Source: an uncultured bacterium
GTDB taxonomy: Bacteria; Babelota; Babeliae; Babelales; Babelaceae
Direction: 5' to 3'
Length of the DNA stretch: 64,000 bases
Assembly: GCA_963848965.1 (NCBI GenBank)
Contig: CAWKFG010000004.1
Span: forward strand, 1-64,000
Part shown: piece by piece, positions 50,137 to 59,354 of the stretch
Position numbering within the stretch: the first letter of the stretch is position 1
Layout: every line of letters begins with the position of its first letter
Position numbers and translations under genes: made by a program
The notes under the pieces: generated by a model
Told to the model about the DNA's origin: nothing
What the model saw: the letters and a program-made list of their open reading frames with translations, nothing else
Databases searched by the model: none

Positions 50137-51189
50137 ATGAACGCTATTCTTTTAAGTTCTCTAGCTTTATCTATCACTTTTTTATGCAGCGCTATGCATG
50201 ATGAATCATCTTCTGGAGAAAGTCATATACAAAGTACTCCACCACGTCATACAAGACGTAAAAGCTTAGATTTTTCACCAAGTGCAAGCCCTTCGTCGCC
50301 TGAGATGCAAGAGCAAGATGTTTTTGAACTCAACTCAAATCTTATACTCAATACTGATCTTCGAAGAAGAGTATATAGCACTATTACTCAAACGAGTGAT
50401 CTACAGTTATCAAGAGCTCTTTCTGACCTTCTTAAAGAGCCCGTAGAAGAACAAGATCAAGATCAAGATTTTGTACAAGACCTTCAATCAGTACTTAAAA
50501 ATAACAAGTCTACATTTAGCAGTGCATATAAACCAAGTAGCCCCCTTAGAAAAGGACTTCATACAGCACTAAGCACAGAAAAACCTCAAGTTACATCCCA
50601 ACGAAGAAAAAAACCATCTGCTGCACATAAAAGAAGCATTTCTTTTGCACCTCATATAGAAGAGCCATCTGTTAGGCCAGAGCCAACACAACCGCTTGTG
50701 CACGAAAAAAAGCCGAGTGAGCCTGCAACACAGTCTCCTTCAATTGCCGCTATACTTAAAGATGCAGTCAAGCCTGCAGAATCACAAAGCACAGAAGTAA
50801 AGCAAAATACACCGGTCACTTCTCAAACTATACCAGCTCAAGCTGCAGAAACGCTACCTGAAATTAAGATAACCGCTCCAACAGAACCGGTTGCACCTGT
50901 AGGCTTAAATCCTACTCTAGCGCAAGAGGCTGCAGAAGTAGCACAGCATGCACATGTTGCTCATACAAATGAAGCTTCTGACCACATAAAAGCTGATCAT
51001 GCAACAGAATCTTCTGCACCGCATGTTCAATCACAAGAACCTCAAGAAGATAAGCATACTGCTAAAGATACTAAGCCCCGCACATGGCTTACCAAAAAAA
51101 GTGTTATAACACTTGGACTTGTAGGCACACTACTTGGCATAGTCGCATATAAGAAATTTTCTGCACAGCAGCACAAAGAAAGAGCATAA
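50137..51189 (+). CDS. Secreted low-complexity protein with a C-terminal TM anchor
   Basis: Signal then SAMHD; S/P/E-rich body; VITLGLVGTLLGIVAYKKF near the C-terminus. Confidence 0.75.
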   Translation: MNAILLSSLALSITFLCSAMHDESSSGESHIQSTPPRHTRRKSLDFSPSASPSSPEMQEQDVFELNSNLILNTDLRRRVYSTITQTSDLQLSRALSDLLKEPVEEQDQDQDFVQDLQSVLKNNKSTFSSAYKPSSPLRKGLHTALSTEKPQVTSQRRKKPSAAHKRSISFAPHIEEPSVRPEPTQPLVHEKKPSEPATQSPSIAAILKDAVKPAESQSTEVKQNTPVTSQTIPAQAAETLPEIKITAPTEPVAPVGLNPTLAQEAAEVAQHAHVAHTNEASDHIKADHATESSAPHVQSQEPQEDKHTAKDTKPRTWLTKKSVITLGLVGTLLGIVAYKKFSAQQHKERA

Positions 51190-51214
51190 AAAAAGAGGCC
51201 ATACGGCCTCTTTT
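51190..51214. terminator. Bidirectional terminator
   Basis: AAAAAGAGGCC-ATAC-GGCCTCTTTT. Confidence 0.85.
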
Positions 51215-51459
51215 TAGTGTTGCAACGTCTGTACGTAATTGATTACTTGGTCTACGGTAGAAAGCTTTTCAGCTTCCTCGTCCTTTATCTCAATACCAAA
51301 AGCTTCTTCGAGCTCCATAATGATCTTAACGCGATCAAGAGAATCTGCTCCAAGACCTTCGAGCGTCGCATCTGGTGCTATTTTTTCTTTGTTAATACGC
51401 AGCTGCTCTGCAATAATAGCACGTACTTTAGATGCAGTTTCACTGTGATCTAATGCCAT
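51214..51459 (-). CDS. acpP: Acyl carrier protein
   Basis: LGADSLDRV..IMELEEAFGIEI. Confidence 0.95.
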   Translation of the reverse strand: MALDHSETASKVRAIIAEQLRINKEKIAPDATLEGLGADSLDRVKIIMELEEAFGIEIKDEEAEKLSTVDQVINYVQTLQH

Positions 51460-51521
51460 ATCGTTATTCCTTATTTAAAACATACATTGCTAGTAAAGAG
51501 TATCATATTTAAGTACAAGAA

Positions 51522-52517
51522 TCACTCTCTCACATGAGAACTCTGTTCTTGAAGAGGATGCGCAGTAAATGCAACTGCTGTTTCTTTTCCTTCTTCTATA
51601 AGAGCTTTCAATTCATCAAATTGAGCAACAGTATCGATACCAAGTATCTTTTTATCTGGATATAATGATTGTATTTCTGCCGCCAACACGTGAGAAGGAG
51701 CAGGAATTACAATTATGTCCATTTCTGCAAATTGCTTTAAGACACTATGCCAATACAGTGGTTCACTAATTTGACGAATAATAGCATCTTGTGCTTTCTT
51801 TGCACGACAGACCTCTTTTGCATCAACATTGGTAATAAGCGGAATTTGAGGGTCCTTAAAGTCTACTTTTGTTAAATAGATTTTAAGCTGTTCTGTAAGA
51901 TCGTGTAATAAGGGTGTATGGAACCCTTCCTCTTCTTCTACTTCTTTTACCTTATCTGCACCTGCATCTGAAGCACCCTCTGCTACTGCATTAACTGCTT
52001 CAATATGACCAGACACAATATGTTCATGCTTATTCTCATAAACAGCAATATGTGCATTACATTGTCCCGAACTGTTTTCTTCACAAATTTGACGCAATCT
52101 GCGTCCTGAAAGACCGTTTACAACTACAGATTTAATATCGAGTTGCTCACGCATTGCTGTATAGAAATGAGCAAGTTTTGTAAGAAGATAGAGCCCATCT
52201 GGAAAACTGAGTGCGAGAGCACTCGATAAAGCACTATATTCTCCTATACCATGCCCTGCAACAGCAGAGAGCGTAACACCTGTTTCTTTTATCATAGCAG
52301 CTGTTGCAGCTCCTAATAAGAAAAGAGCAGGATACGCATGAGTTATTTTACTTAATTCGCTGTCAGATGAAGCAAAGCACAATTTCACGAAATTGATTCC
52401 TAAGCAATTTGAAGCTTCTTCAAAATACTCTTGAACAACACGCGAATTATCGTAGAGCTCTTTGCCCATACCAACAAATTGACTTCCATAGCCAGGAAAA
52501 AGCATCCCAATTTTCAT
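51522..52517 (-). CDS. fabD: FabD-like malonyl-CoA:ACP transacylase homolog lacking the catalytic Ser
   Basis: LFPGYGSQFVGMG; GHGIGEY in place of GHSxGEY; GFHT; QISEPLYW. Confidence 0.85.
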   Translation of the reverse strand: MKIGMLFPGYGSQFVGMGKELYDNSRVVQEYFEEASNCLGINFVKLCFASSDSELSKITHAYPALFLLGAATAAMIKETGVTLSAVAGHGIGEYSALSSALALSFPDGLYLLTKLAHFYTAMREQLDIKSVVVNGLSGRRLRQICEENSSGQCNAHIAVYENKHEHIVSGHIEAVNAVAEGASDAGADKVKEVEEEEGFHTPLLHDLTEQLKIYLTKVDFKDPQIPLITNVDAKEVCRAKKAQDAIIRQISEPLYWHSVLKQFAEMDIIVIPAPSHVLAAEIQSLYPDKKILGIDTVAQFDELKALIEEGKETAVAFTAHPLQEQSSHVRE

Positions 52518-52544
52518 AAAAACCTCCAAACATATGATTATGGG

Positions 52545-53984
52545 TTAGCGCCTTACTCCCTCCTCTTTTGATAGTATCTGTCTAAAGTGATGGAGTCTCG
52601 CTATGCTTTCTTTCTTGCCAAGTAATGAGAGCAGTTCAAACACTCCTGGACTTGAACTTTTACCAGTAAGAGCTATACGCAAAGGCTTTGCAAGATCTGC
52701 AAGAGAACGCTTCAATTGAGCACACAACGCTTTCATCATCTGAGAAAGGGCTGGCGGCGAAAAATCCTCTTGCATATGTAAGGCTTCTTCTAATGCAGTC
52801 ATATCATGCATTGTTTGTATAGTACTCCACGGTTTAAGCTCTTCTGGATCAAACGCATAAGGACGTTGATAAAGAGAACGTAATTCACATTCAAGTTCTT
52901 TAAGAGTTTTAATTCGCTCTTTATATAATTCAATACCACTGGCAAGCGTAGAAGCATCCCAATCTGGAAAATAACTCCTAAAAAGTGGATCAACATCACG
53001 TTCTATGTAAAAGATAATTTCATCAGGCGTTAGCCTTTTTACATAAATGCTGTTCATCCACTCCAGCTTCTTTATATCAAATATTGCTCCTTTTTTACCA
53101 ACGTGGTCAAGGGAAAAATAGCTAATTAATTCCTCTCGTGTAAAAATCTCTTGGTCTCCATGAGACCAGCCAAGACGTACAAGATAATTACAGAGAGCAT
53201 CCGCTAAAAAACCAGCATATTTATAATCAAGCACTGCTGTTGCAGCATCACGCTTACTCAGTTTATTACCATCTGGTCCTAAAATCATAGGAAAATGGCC
53301 AAAGAGCGGAACCGTATAGCCACATGCTTTATATAACAAGAGCTGTTTTGGGGTATTTGGTATATGATCTTCACCCCGTAATACATGTGTAATGTTCATA
53401 TGCGCATCATCTACAACTACTACAAAGTTATACATGGGCGTCCCATCTGAGCGCATAATAATAAAATCATCAAATTGATCTCTATCAAACGAAATAGGTC
53501 CTCGAATGAGATCATCAAAGCTTATTTCATTTATATTATCTGGCACTTTAAATCGTACAGCATACGACTTATTAAGATCCTCTTCGGTTACTGTTCTATA
53601 CAAACATTTTCTATCATACTTTGTATAGCCGCCTTCTTGTGCAGCACTTGCTCCTAAGCGAGCCTGCAATTCTTCCGGAGTACAAAAGCACCGATAAGCA
53701 GTTCTTTCTTCAAGCATCTTAGCAATAACCTGTTTGTGTAGCGGTAAATTTTTACTTTGAATAACTACCGGTTCATCTGCTTCAATGTCAGCCCATGCTA
53801 ACGTCTCTAAAATCGAGGTTGTATATTCTTGTGTAGATCGCTCAATATCAGTATCTTCAATACGCAGAAGATAGACACCGTTATAGTGCCGTGCAAAAAG
53901 CCAATTAAAGAGCGCTACGCGCAAACTCCCAAGGTGTAAATGGCCTGTTGGTGACGGAGCATATCGTACCCGAATAGTACTCAT
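52545..53984 (-). CDS. gltX: Glutamate--tRNA ligase
   Basis: RYAPSPTGHLHLG, RIEDTD, RGEDH, KLSKR. Confidence 0.98.
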   Translation of the reverse strand: MSTIRVRYAPSPTGHLHLGSLRVALFNWLFARHYNGVYLLRIEDTDIERSTQEYTTSILETLAWADIEADEPVVIQSKNLPLHKQVIAKMLEERTAYRCFCTPEELQARLGASAAQEGGYTKYDRKCLYRTVTEEDLNKSYAVRFKVPDNINEISFDDLIRGPISFDRDQFDDFIIMRSDGTPMYNFVVVVDDAHMNITHVLRGEDHIPNTPKQLLLYKACGYTVPLFGHFPMILGPDGNKLSKRDAATAVLDYKYAGFLADALCNYLVRLGWSHGDQEIFTREELISYFSLDHVGKKGAIFDIKKLEWMNSIYVKRLTPDEIIFYIERDVDPLFRSYFPDWDASTLASGIELYKERIKTLKELECELRSLYQRPYAFDPEELKPWSTIQTMHDMTALEEALHMQEDFSPPALSQMMKALCAQLKRSLADLAKPLRIALTGKSSSPGVFELLSLLGKKESIARLHHFRQILSKEEGVRR

Positions 53985-54628
53985 GCTTCAGACCTTATCT
54001 TTGCTTGCGCACGCTGATACCATTGAGAGTCTTTATTTCCTTGTGCGATAATATCATTCCATAATTTTTGTGCATCTTCTTTATTACCTTGTTGCCATGC
54101 ATCGAGTCCTCTATAATAGAGCGCCATATCGCGTGCTGGATTTTTATTATCTTGTGCAAGCTTTTGCATCTGATCTCGTCCCTCTTTTTTAACTGCCTCT
54201 TCTGATGCATCAAGTTTCATAAGAGCAGCTTTAGTAGTATAAAAATAATAAAGAGGGTGCTTTGTATTCATAGAAGTCAGAAGTACATTCATAACCTCTT
54301 GAGCTTCTTTTTGCTTGCCTTGATAGCTTAAAGCATCTGCTTTATAAGCAAGAAAGTAAGGATATAATTTAGAACTCTTATGGCGCTCACTACCTGCTTG
54401 AAATGCCCGCTCAACATCAGCCCAACGGCCAGCATCTGTAGAAGAGAGAGCTTTATAATAGCCATCAATACTTTCTGCAAGATCCTTATATGCTGCTTGT
54501 TCATACCTATCTATATACCAAGCATAACCAAACCACCCAGCAGTAAGCAATCCGCTTACTAATGCAAAAATAAGTACATATTGAATACGCTTAGTTGTCC
54601 ACATATCTTGTGTCACATTTGATATCAT
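53981..54628 (-). CDS. Single-TM TPR-like (YfgM-like) protein
   Basis: N-terminal TM followed by helical repeats; stop overlaps the gltX start. Confidence 0.6.
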   Translation of the reverse strand: MISNVTQDMWTTKRIQYVLIFALVSGLLTAGWFGYAWYIDRYEQAAYKDLAESIDGYYKALSSTDAGRWADVERAFQAGSERHKSSKLYPYFLAYKADALSYQGKQKEAQEVMNVLLTSMNTKHPLYYFYTTKAALMKLDASEEAVKKEGRDQMQKLAQDNKNPARDMALYYRGLDAWQQGNKEDAQKLWNDIIAQGNKDSQWYQRAQAKIRSEA

Positions 54629-54707
54629 ATAAAACTCCACTCCCAATCTTTATATAAACAGTATAAGGGGGCCAATCATCGATTGACCCCCCTCTTTATT
54701 TTCAGGC

Positions 54708-54989
54708 TTACTTTTCGCTCTCATGCTCATGACCTTCATGACCACCTTGTGATGGTACAGGCTCTTGAGCTTTTTGAGCACTACGTGCTTCACCACGCTT
54801 AAGTGCTCGTTCAAGCTTTGTGTTAAGTACTTTTTTTCCTTTATAGAATCCACATTGCATACATGCTTGGTGAGGACTTAAAGGATACTCACACTGTGAA
54901 CATCGCGTCACAGCTTGAGGACGAATATGTTTATTAGCCGAACGTTTATCTCTACGAGCTTTACTCGTTTTACGTTTAGGTACTGGCAT
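54708..54989 (-). CDS. rpmF: 50S ribosomal protein L32 (Zn type) with a C-terminal extension
   Basis: MPVPKRKTSKARRDKR...CSQC...PHQACMQCGFYKG. Confidence 0.95.
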   Translation of the reverse strand: MPVPKRKTSKARRDKRSANKHIRPQAVTRCSQCEYPLSPHQACMQCGFYKGKKVLNTKLERALKRGEARSAQKAQEPVPSQGGHEGHEHESEK

Positions 54990-55070
54990 AAGAAGCTCCA
55001 TCTTGTAACTACATAAAAAATCTTCTAACTATTCTAAGTGTACTTTATTTTACGCAAAAAGGCAAAAAAG

Positions 55071-56588
55071 CTATGGCTGCACCGGTGCAATGCGACTTAA
55101 CCGTTCTATAAGTGGATCTTTTGCTCCTTTTTTTACATATCCACAGCACAGCCTATAAAAAATAAGGCTAGAAAGCGCTGTACCAAGGCCTATACGTGTC
55201 AGTAAGAGCTGCCGTTCTTCTGAAGTTCTACGCTCTTGCGCAGTAAGAACTATATTCTCATCCTTATATTCTTGTTGAGGAACCTGTATATTTTCTGGGT
55301 TGAACGTCGAGTTCCAGGTAGGCTCTGTTACAGGAATAGTATGCTCTTGAGCTTGCGCTGGTTGTGGATTTGGATCTGCATAAGCTTGTCTTCTTGGCTC
55401 TGCTACATATGCCCATGCAAAATCCTCGTGTCCCCTGGGTACACGTCCTTCCTCTTTTCTTTTTTTCTCTTCCAATTCCTGTTTGTAGCGATCCATCTTA
55501 TCTTGTTGAATACGCTCCTGTTCACGCGATAGACGAGCTTTACGCTCTTCTTCTGATTCTAAATGGTTTCTATACTCACAGTGTGCTGCATATAATCGGC
55601 AAAGAAGAGGATATTCCTTTTGTATACTAGCTGCTTCATGATACTTCTCTAGCTCAAGATACATTTTTTCTAAATGATGAATATCATTCTGACGATATGC
55701 TTGCCAAAGAAAATTCTTATCGTGCCTTAATATAACTTCTAAAGCTTGTGGTCTATTATATTCTAAAGCATACTGTAAGGCTGTATTCCCTTGTACATCA
55801 GCAACTGGTAATAACCAGGGAGCATTAAGAAGTAACATATCAACTACTTCTGAGCAACATTCAACAACCGCTCTATGCAAATAGCTTGCATTTTTAGCAT
55901 TACCGTGCTTGAGAAGTTGAGCATCTGTCTTAAAAAATTCATGAATAATGAGACATAGAGCCTGGATGTGCTCTTTCCTATCTTGTTCTTTAACATTCTT
56001 TAATTCTAGCTCACTTACCAAAAGAAAGGCATAGTCTAATGCTTCATGCGAAGGTTCATGTAATTTCAATCCAGCTCTTACAAGCTCAACATCTTTGTAA
56101 TCTATGATAGCAGGCCATGAAAGCTTTCTTAATCTACGCAGAGCACGCGCACGAATCTGCTCTTTCGTTTCTTTTTTCTTTTCTTCTGGTTTCAGCTCTT
56201 CATCTAATGCTCTGAGAGCTTCTTGAAAATCTTGACGATCTTGAAATTGCTTAAATGCTGATTTATTTTTTACAAGATCTACACGAGCACCTCTACGACG
56301 CAAAAGCTCTATAGTACTTATACGTTTTGACAAGAAAGCAAACCAGAGAGGTGAATTTCCATTCTCTGTAAGTCCATTAACGTCAAATCCCTTTTCTATA
56401 TAGTGCTTAATAAGCTGATTATTACCTTGACTAGCAAGCCTATGAAGAGGGTTTGCTGGAGCTTCATTTTTAGGTGCACTGGAAATTTCTTCGCTTGAGT
56501 TCTGCATATCTACACCAGTATGTGGTGGTTGCATAGCATATACAGTAGTACAATAGCATATGAGGAAGATAGTCGCTTTATATATCAT
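55071..56588 (-). CDS. Secreted ankyrin-repeat and coiled-coil protein with a C-terminal TM
   Basis: Signal then YAMQP; PLHRLA, GNSPLWFA, GNTALQYA; IGLGTALSSLIFY. Confidence 0.8.
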   Translation of the reverse strand: MIYKATIFLICYCTTVYAMQPPHTGVDMQNSSEEISSAPKNEAPANPLHRLASQGNNQLIKHYIEKGFDVNGLTENGNSPLWFAFLSKRISTIELLRRRGARVDLVKNKSAFKQFQDRQDFQEALRALDEELKPEEKKKETKEQIRARALRRLRKLSWPAIIDYKDVELVRAGLKLHEPSHEALDYAFLLVSELELKNVKEQDRKEHIQALCLIIHEFFKTDAQLLKHGNAKNASYLHRAVVECCSEVVDMLLLNAPWLLPVADVQGNTALQYALEYNRPQALEVILRHDKNFLWQAYRQNDIHHLEKMYLELEKYHEAASIQKEYPLLCRLYAAHCEYRNHLESEEERKARLSREQERIQQDKMDRYKQELEEKKRKEEGRVPRGHEDFAWAYVAEPRRQAYADPNPQPAQAQEHTIPVTEPTWNSTFNPENIQVPQQEYKDENIVLTAQERRTSEERQLLLTRIGLGTALSSLIFYRLCCGYVKKGAKDPLIERLSRIAPVQP

Positions 56589-56599
56589 AGCAAAACCCT

Positions 56600-58135
56600 T
56601 TATGCAGTAACAGCAGGTTGTCTTTGTTTATCACGAGTATGCGGTGCAAAAATCTTATATAAAATACCGCCAACAACAAGAGAAATGCTACCATAGAGTA
56701 CCGTCTTCTTAGCCCATTTATGAGCCCAGAGCCTTTGGGCCCATGACTTTTCCTCTGATGCGCTGCTTGGCATAGCACCCGCTGCCGAACTTTTTTCCTG
56801 CTGTTTTTCTTTTTGAAGTACAGCATCAGGCTGTTCATCTTTAGATTCCTTTGAAACAGCTGCATGTATGACCGGTTCTTCGATATCATGTGACACGCGA
56901 AGCTCTTGCTGCACGAGTTCTTCCTCGGGAATAAACGGTATACCAGGCTCGTCTACAAGTGCATTAAGAAGCTCTTCTGGAATATCTAATGAGCTCACTG
57001 GCTCTCCTCTATCGTGTGGTACAGGAGACTCGATTCGTCCAGGCTCTTCTTCAAAAAACGGTACGGCTGGTACATCTACAAAATCATTGTGAGGCTCTGC
57101 AATCTGCTGATACCACTCATGAAGTGTCGGGTAATCTCTTCTTACGCGCTCTAGTCCTGCAGTTCTACAAAGAGTACGTACACGCTCTTCTATCCAAGCA
57201 ATTGAATTTCCACCACCTCTTAAACTCTCATGAGGAACATGATAACGCTCGGCGTTGAGCACGAGTAACATATTTACAGCATCTATATGATTACGTTCAA
57301 GAGCACAATATAAAGGGGTATGCCCTGATTCGCCTTGGGCATTGACAGCAAAGCCAACATGAACAAGAAGCGGTAGTAATTCTGGTATATTAAGCTCTGC
57401 CGCTTGATGAAGCGGAGTACTCTGACTATATAATGCACCATTTGTTAGCTGTGGATTTGCTCGTATAAGAAGTTCAATAATAGCAGATACATTGCGAATA
57501 TGCTCTTGCCGCGCCTCTCTATTAGCAATCGGCTGAGCCGCAAGATTCACAGCTTGTTCAAGCGCTTGGTGAGTTGCCATCTCTTGCACAGATAAGCGCT
57601 TGATAGTGTAAGGGTAATATGAATCTATAGTATAAGTTTCTCTTTCTAGTACCCCCCTTACTATATCGGGATTTGCAAGAGCAACTGCCTCTTGCATACT
57701 AAGCTCTTCAGTTTTTTTAATCTCACCATTTAAAGCTCTTACTACTTCTTGATACGCAGGAAGTCGTAAGCGTTCTTGCACATCTTCCATACTCAATACA
57801 TGATTTTTATCTGCACCGTATTTTAAAAGCTCTGCTATTGCACTAATTTGACGGGCCATAACAGCAAAGTATAACGGTGTACGCCCTGACGCTCCCATCT
57901 GCGTGTTTACAGAAACATCTCTTATCAAAACCCAATACTGTATACCTAGTATATCTCCTTGTGTCGCACAGGTATGTAAATGCCCTTCCTCACTCACGTG
58001 GTTAGTTTCTCTTTGTGGGACAGGAGAGGAATTTTGCGCTGCACCCATTGGTGGTAATGGTGGTTCCATACCTTGTAAACCACAAAAAAACAAAGAGCTT
58101 ATTGCGTAAAACGTAAATTTTATTGACCGTAGCAC
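56600..58135 (-). CDS. Secreted ankyrin-repeat protein with a C-terminal TM
   Basis: GTG start after AAGGA; signal then QGMEP; GRTPLYFA, TPLHQAA, GHTPLYCA; LYGSISLVVGGILYKIF. Confidence 0.8.
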   Translation of the reverse strand: MLRSIKFTFYAISSLFFCGLQGMEPPLPPMGAAQNSSPVPQRETNHVSEEGHLHTCATQGDILGIQYWVLIRDVSVNTQMGASGRTPLYFAVMARQISAIAELLKYGADKNHVLSMEDVQERLRLPAYQEVVRALNGEIKKTEELSMQEAVALANPDIVRGVLERETYTIDSYYPYTIKRLSVQEMATHQALEQAVNLAAQPIANREARQEHIRNVSAIIELLIRANPQLTNGALYSQSTPLHQAAELNIPELLPLLVHVGFAVNAQGESGHTPLYCALERNHIDAVNMLLVLNAERYHVPHESLRGGGNSIAWIEERVRTLCRTAGLERVRRDYPTLHEWYQQIAEPHNDFVDVPAVPFFEEEPGRIESPVPHDRGEPVSSLDIPEELLNALVDEPGIPFIPEEELVQQELRVSHDIEEPVIHAAVSKESKDEQPDAVLQKEKQQEKSSAAGAMPSSASEEKSWAQRLWAHKWAKKTVLYGSISLVVGGILYKIFAPHTRDKQRQPAVTA

Positions 58136-58208
58136 AGCTTTTCCTTTCTTTAGCAATAACAAAAACTTTTATTTAGCATAACCATTTGAAGAGTAATTTA
58201 CAAAGGGT

Positions 58209-59306
58209 TTATATAATGCTCCATAAGCCCATAAAATCTTGAGTTACTCTACCTTCTAACTGAAGGTCCCACAAAATATCTCGTAATTCAGTTTCTGGTA
58301 ACCCCGTTTTGACAAGCAGTTCATCAAAAGAAAGAGAACTTACAAGATAAGAAAGCACCTGGTCACTCATACCGAGCGGTTTTGCACTCTCTTCTGACTG
58401 CTTTTTATTAACAGAAGAGGTATATCCTAGTACAGAAAAAATATCTTGAGCTGATGTTACAAGGGATGCTCCTTCCTGAATAAGAGCATGACATCCAGCA
58501 GCAAGAGGATTATCAACAGGACCAGGTACTGCCATAACTTCACGTCCTTGCTCAAGAGCGTAACGCGCTGTAATAAGAGCACCACTTTGTTGTGCAGCCT
58601 GCACTATTATGCACCCTTTGCTTAATCCAGAGATAATACGATTCCTTGCAGGAAAATTACCTGCTAGTGCGCTCATCTGTAATGGAAATGAGCTTATAAG
58701 AGCACCACGCTCTGCTATGTTATGAAAGAGTGCAGTATTACAAGAAGGATACGGCTTTAAAAGCCCAGAACCAAGAACAGCTATGGTACTCCCTTGCGCT
58801 TCAAGCGTTGCTTTATGAACCATGCTATCAATGCCTAGTGCGCCACCACTTATAAGCGTCCATTTTTGAGCAACAAGCTCTGGCACTATCTTTTTTATCA
58901 TGCTATAACCATAACTATCTGCTTTACGAGCTCCTACTAAAGCGAGTGCTCGATTTTGTAAAATTGTTAGATCTCCTTGAACATAGAGCGTCAAAGGTGG
59001 TAGATGAATAGCTTTTAAAAGTTCTGGATAGTCTGCATCTATAATAGTTATTAGTTTTATGCCAGAACGCTCGCTTAAAGCCAGCTCTTTTTCAAGAAGT
59101 GCTTTATCTGAAAGGCCCTCTTTTATTCGCTGTGCAGTGTTTTGAGAAAGATGCCCATAATACATAAGATCTTGTATAGTAAAAGAGTAGAGAGCAGAGT
59201 AGTTGGTTATTGAAGCTGCAGTAAGTGCTTGAAACAGTTTTTCAACAGTTGCAGGACCTACCTTATCTATAAGAGAAAGATGGAGAAGAACAGTACGTAT
59301 TTCCAT
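58209..59306 (-). CDS. dprA: DNA-processing protein DprA
   Basis: YPELLK.I..PP, LVGAR, ISGGALGIDS..H, FPARNRIISGLS, SGALITA. Confidence 0.96.
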   Translation of the reverse strand: MEIRTVLLHLSLIDKVGPATVEKLFQALTAASITNYSALYSFTIQDLMYYGHLSQNTAQRIKEGLSDKALLEKELALSERSGIKLITIIDADYPELLKAIHLPPLTLYVQGDLTILQNRALALVGARKADSYGYSMIKKIVPELVAQKWTLISGGALGIDSMVHKATLEAQGSTIAVLGSGLLKPYPSCNTALFHNIAERGALISSFPLQMSALAGNFPARNRIISGLSKGCIIVQAAQQSGALITARYALEQGREVMAVPGPVDNPLAAGCHALIQEGASLVTSAQDIFSVLGYTSSVNKKQSEESAKPLGMSDQVLSYLVSSLSFDELLVKTGLPETELRDILWDLQLEGRVTQDFMGLWSII

Positions 59307-59317
59307 AAAACTCTTTC

Positions 59318-59349
59318 AAAAAAAAGCGGAAGAGAAAAACTCTTCCGCC
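59318..59349 (-). terminator. Terminator after gyrA
   Basis: GCGGAAGA...TCTTCCGC hairpin with a T-run on the minus strand. Confidence 0.75.
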
Positions 59350-59354
59350 GTTAT

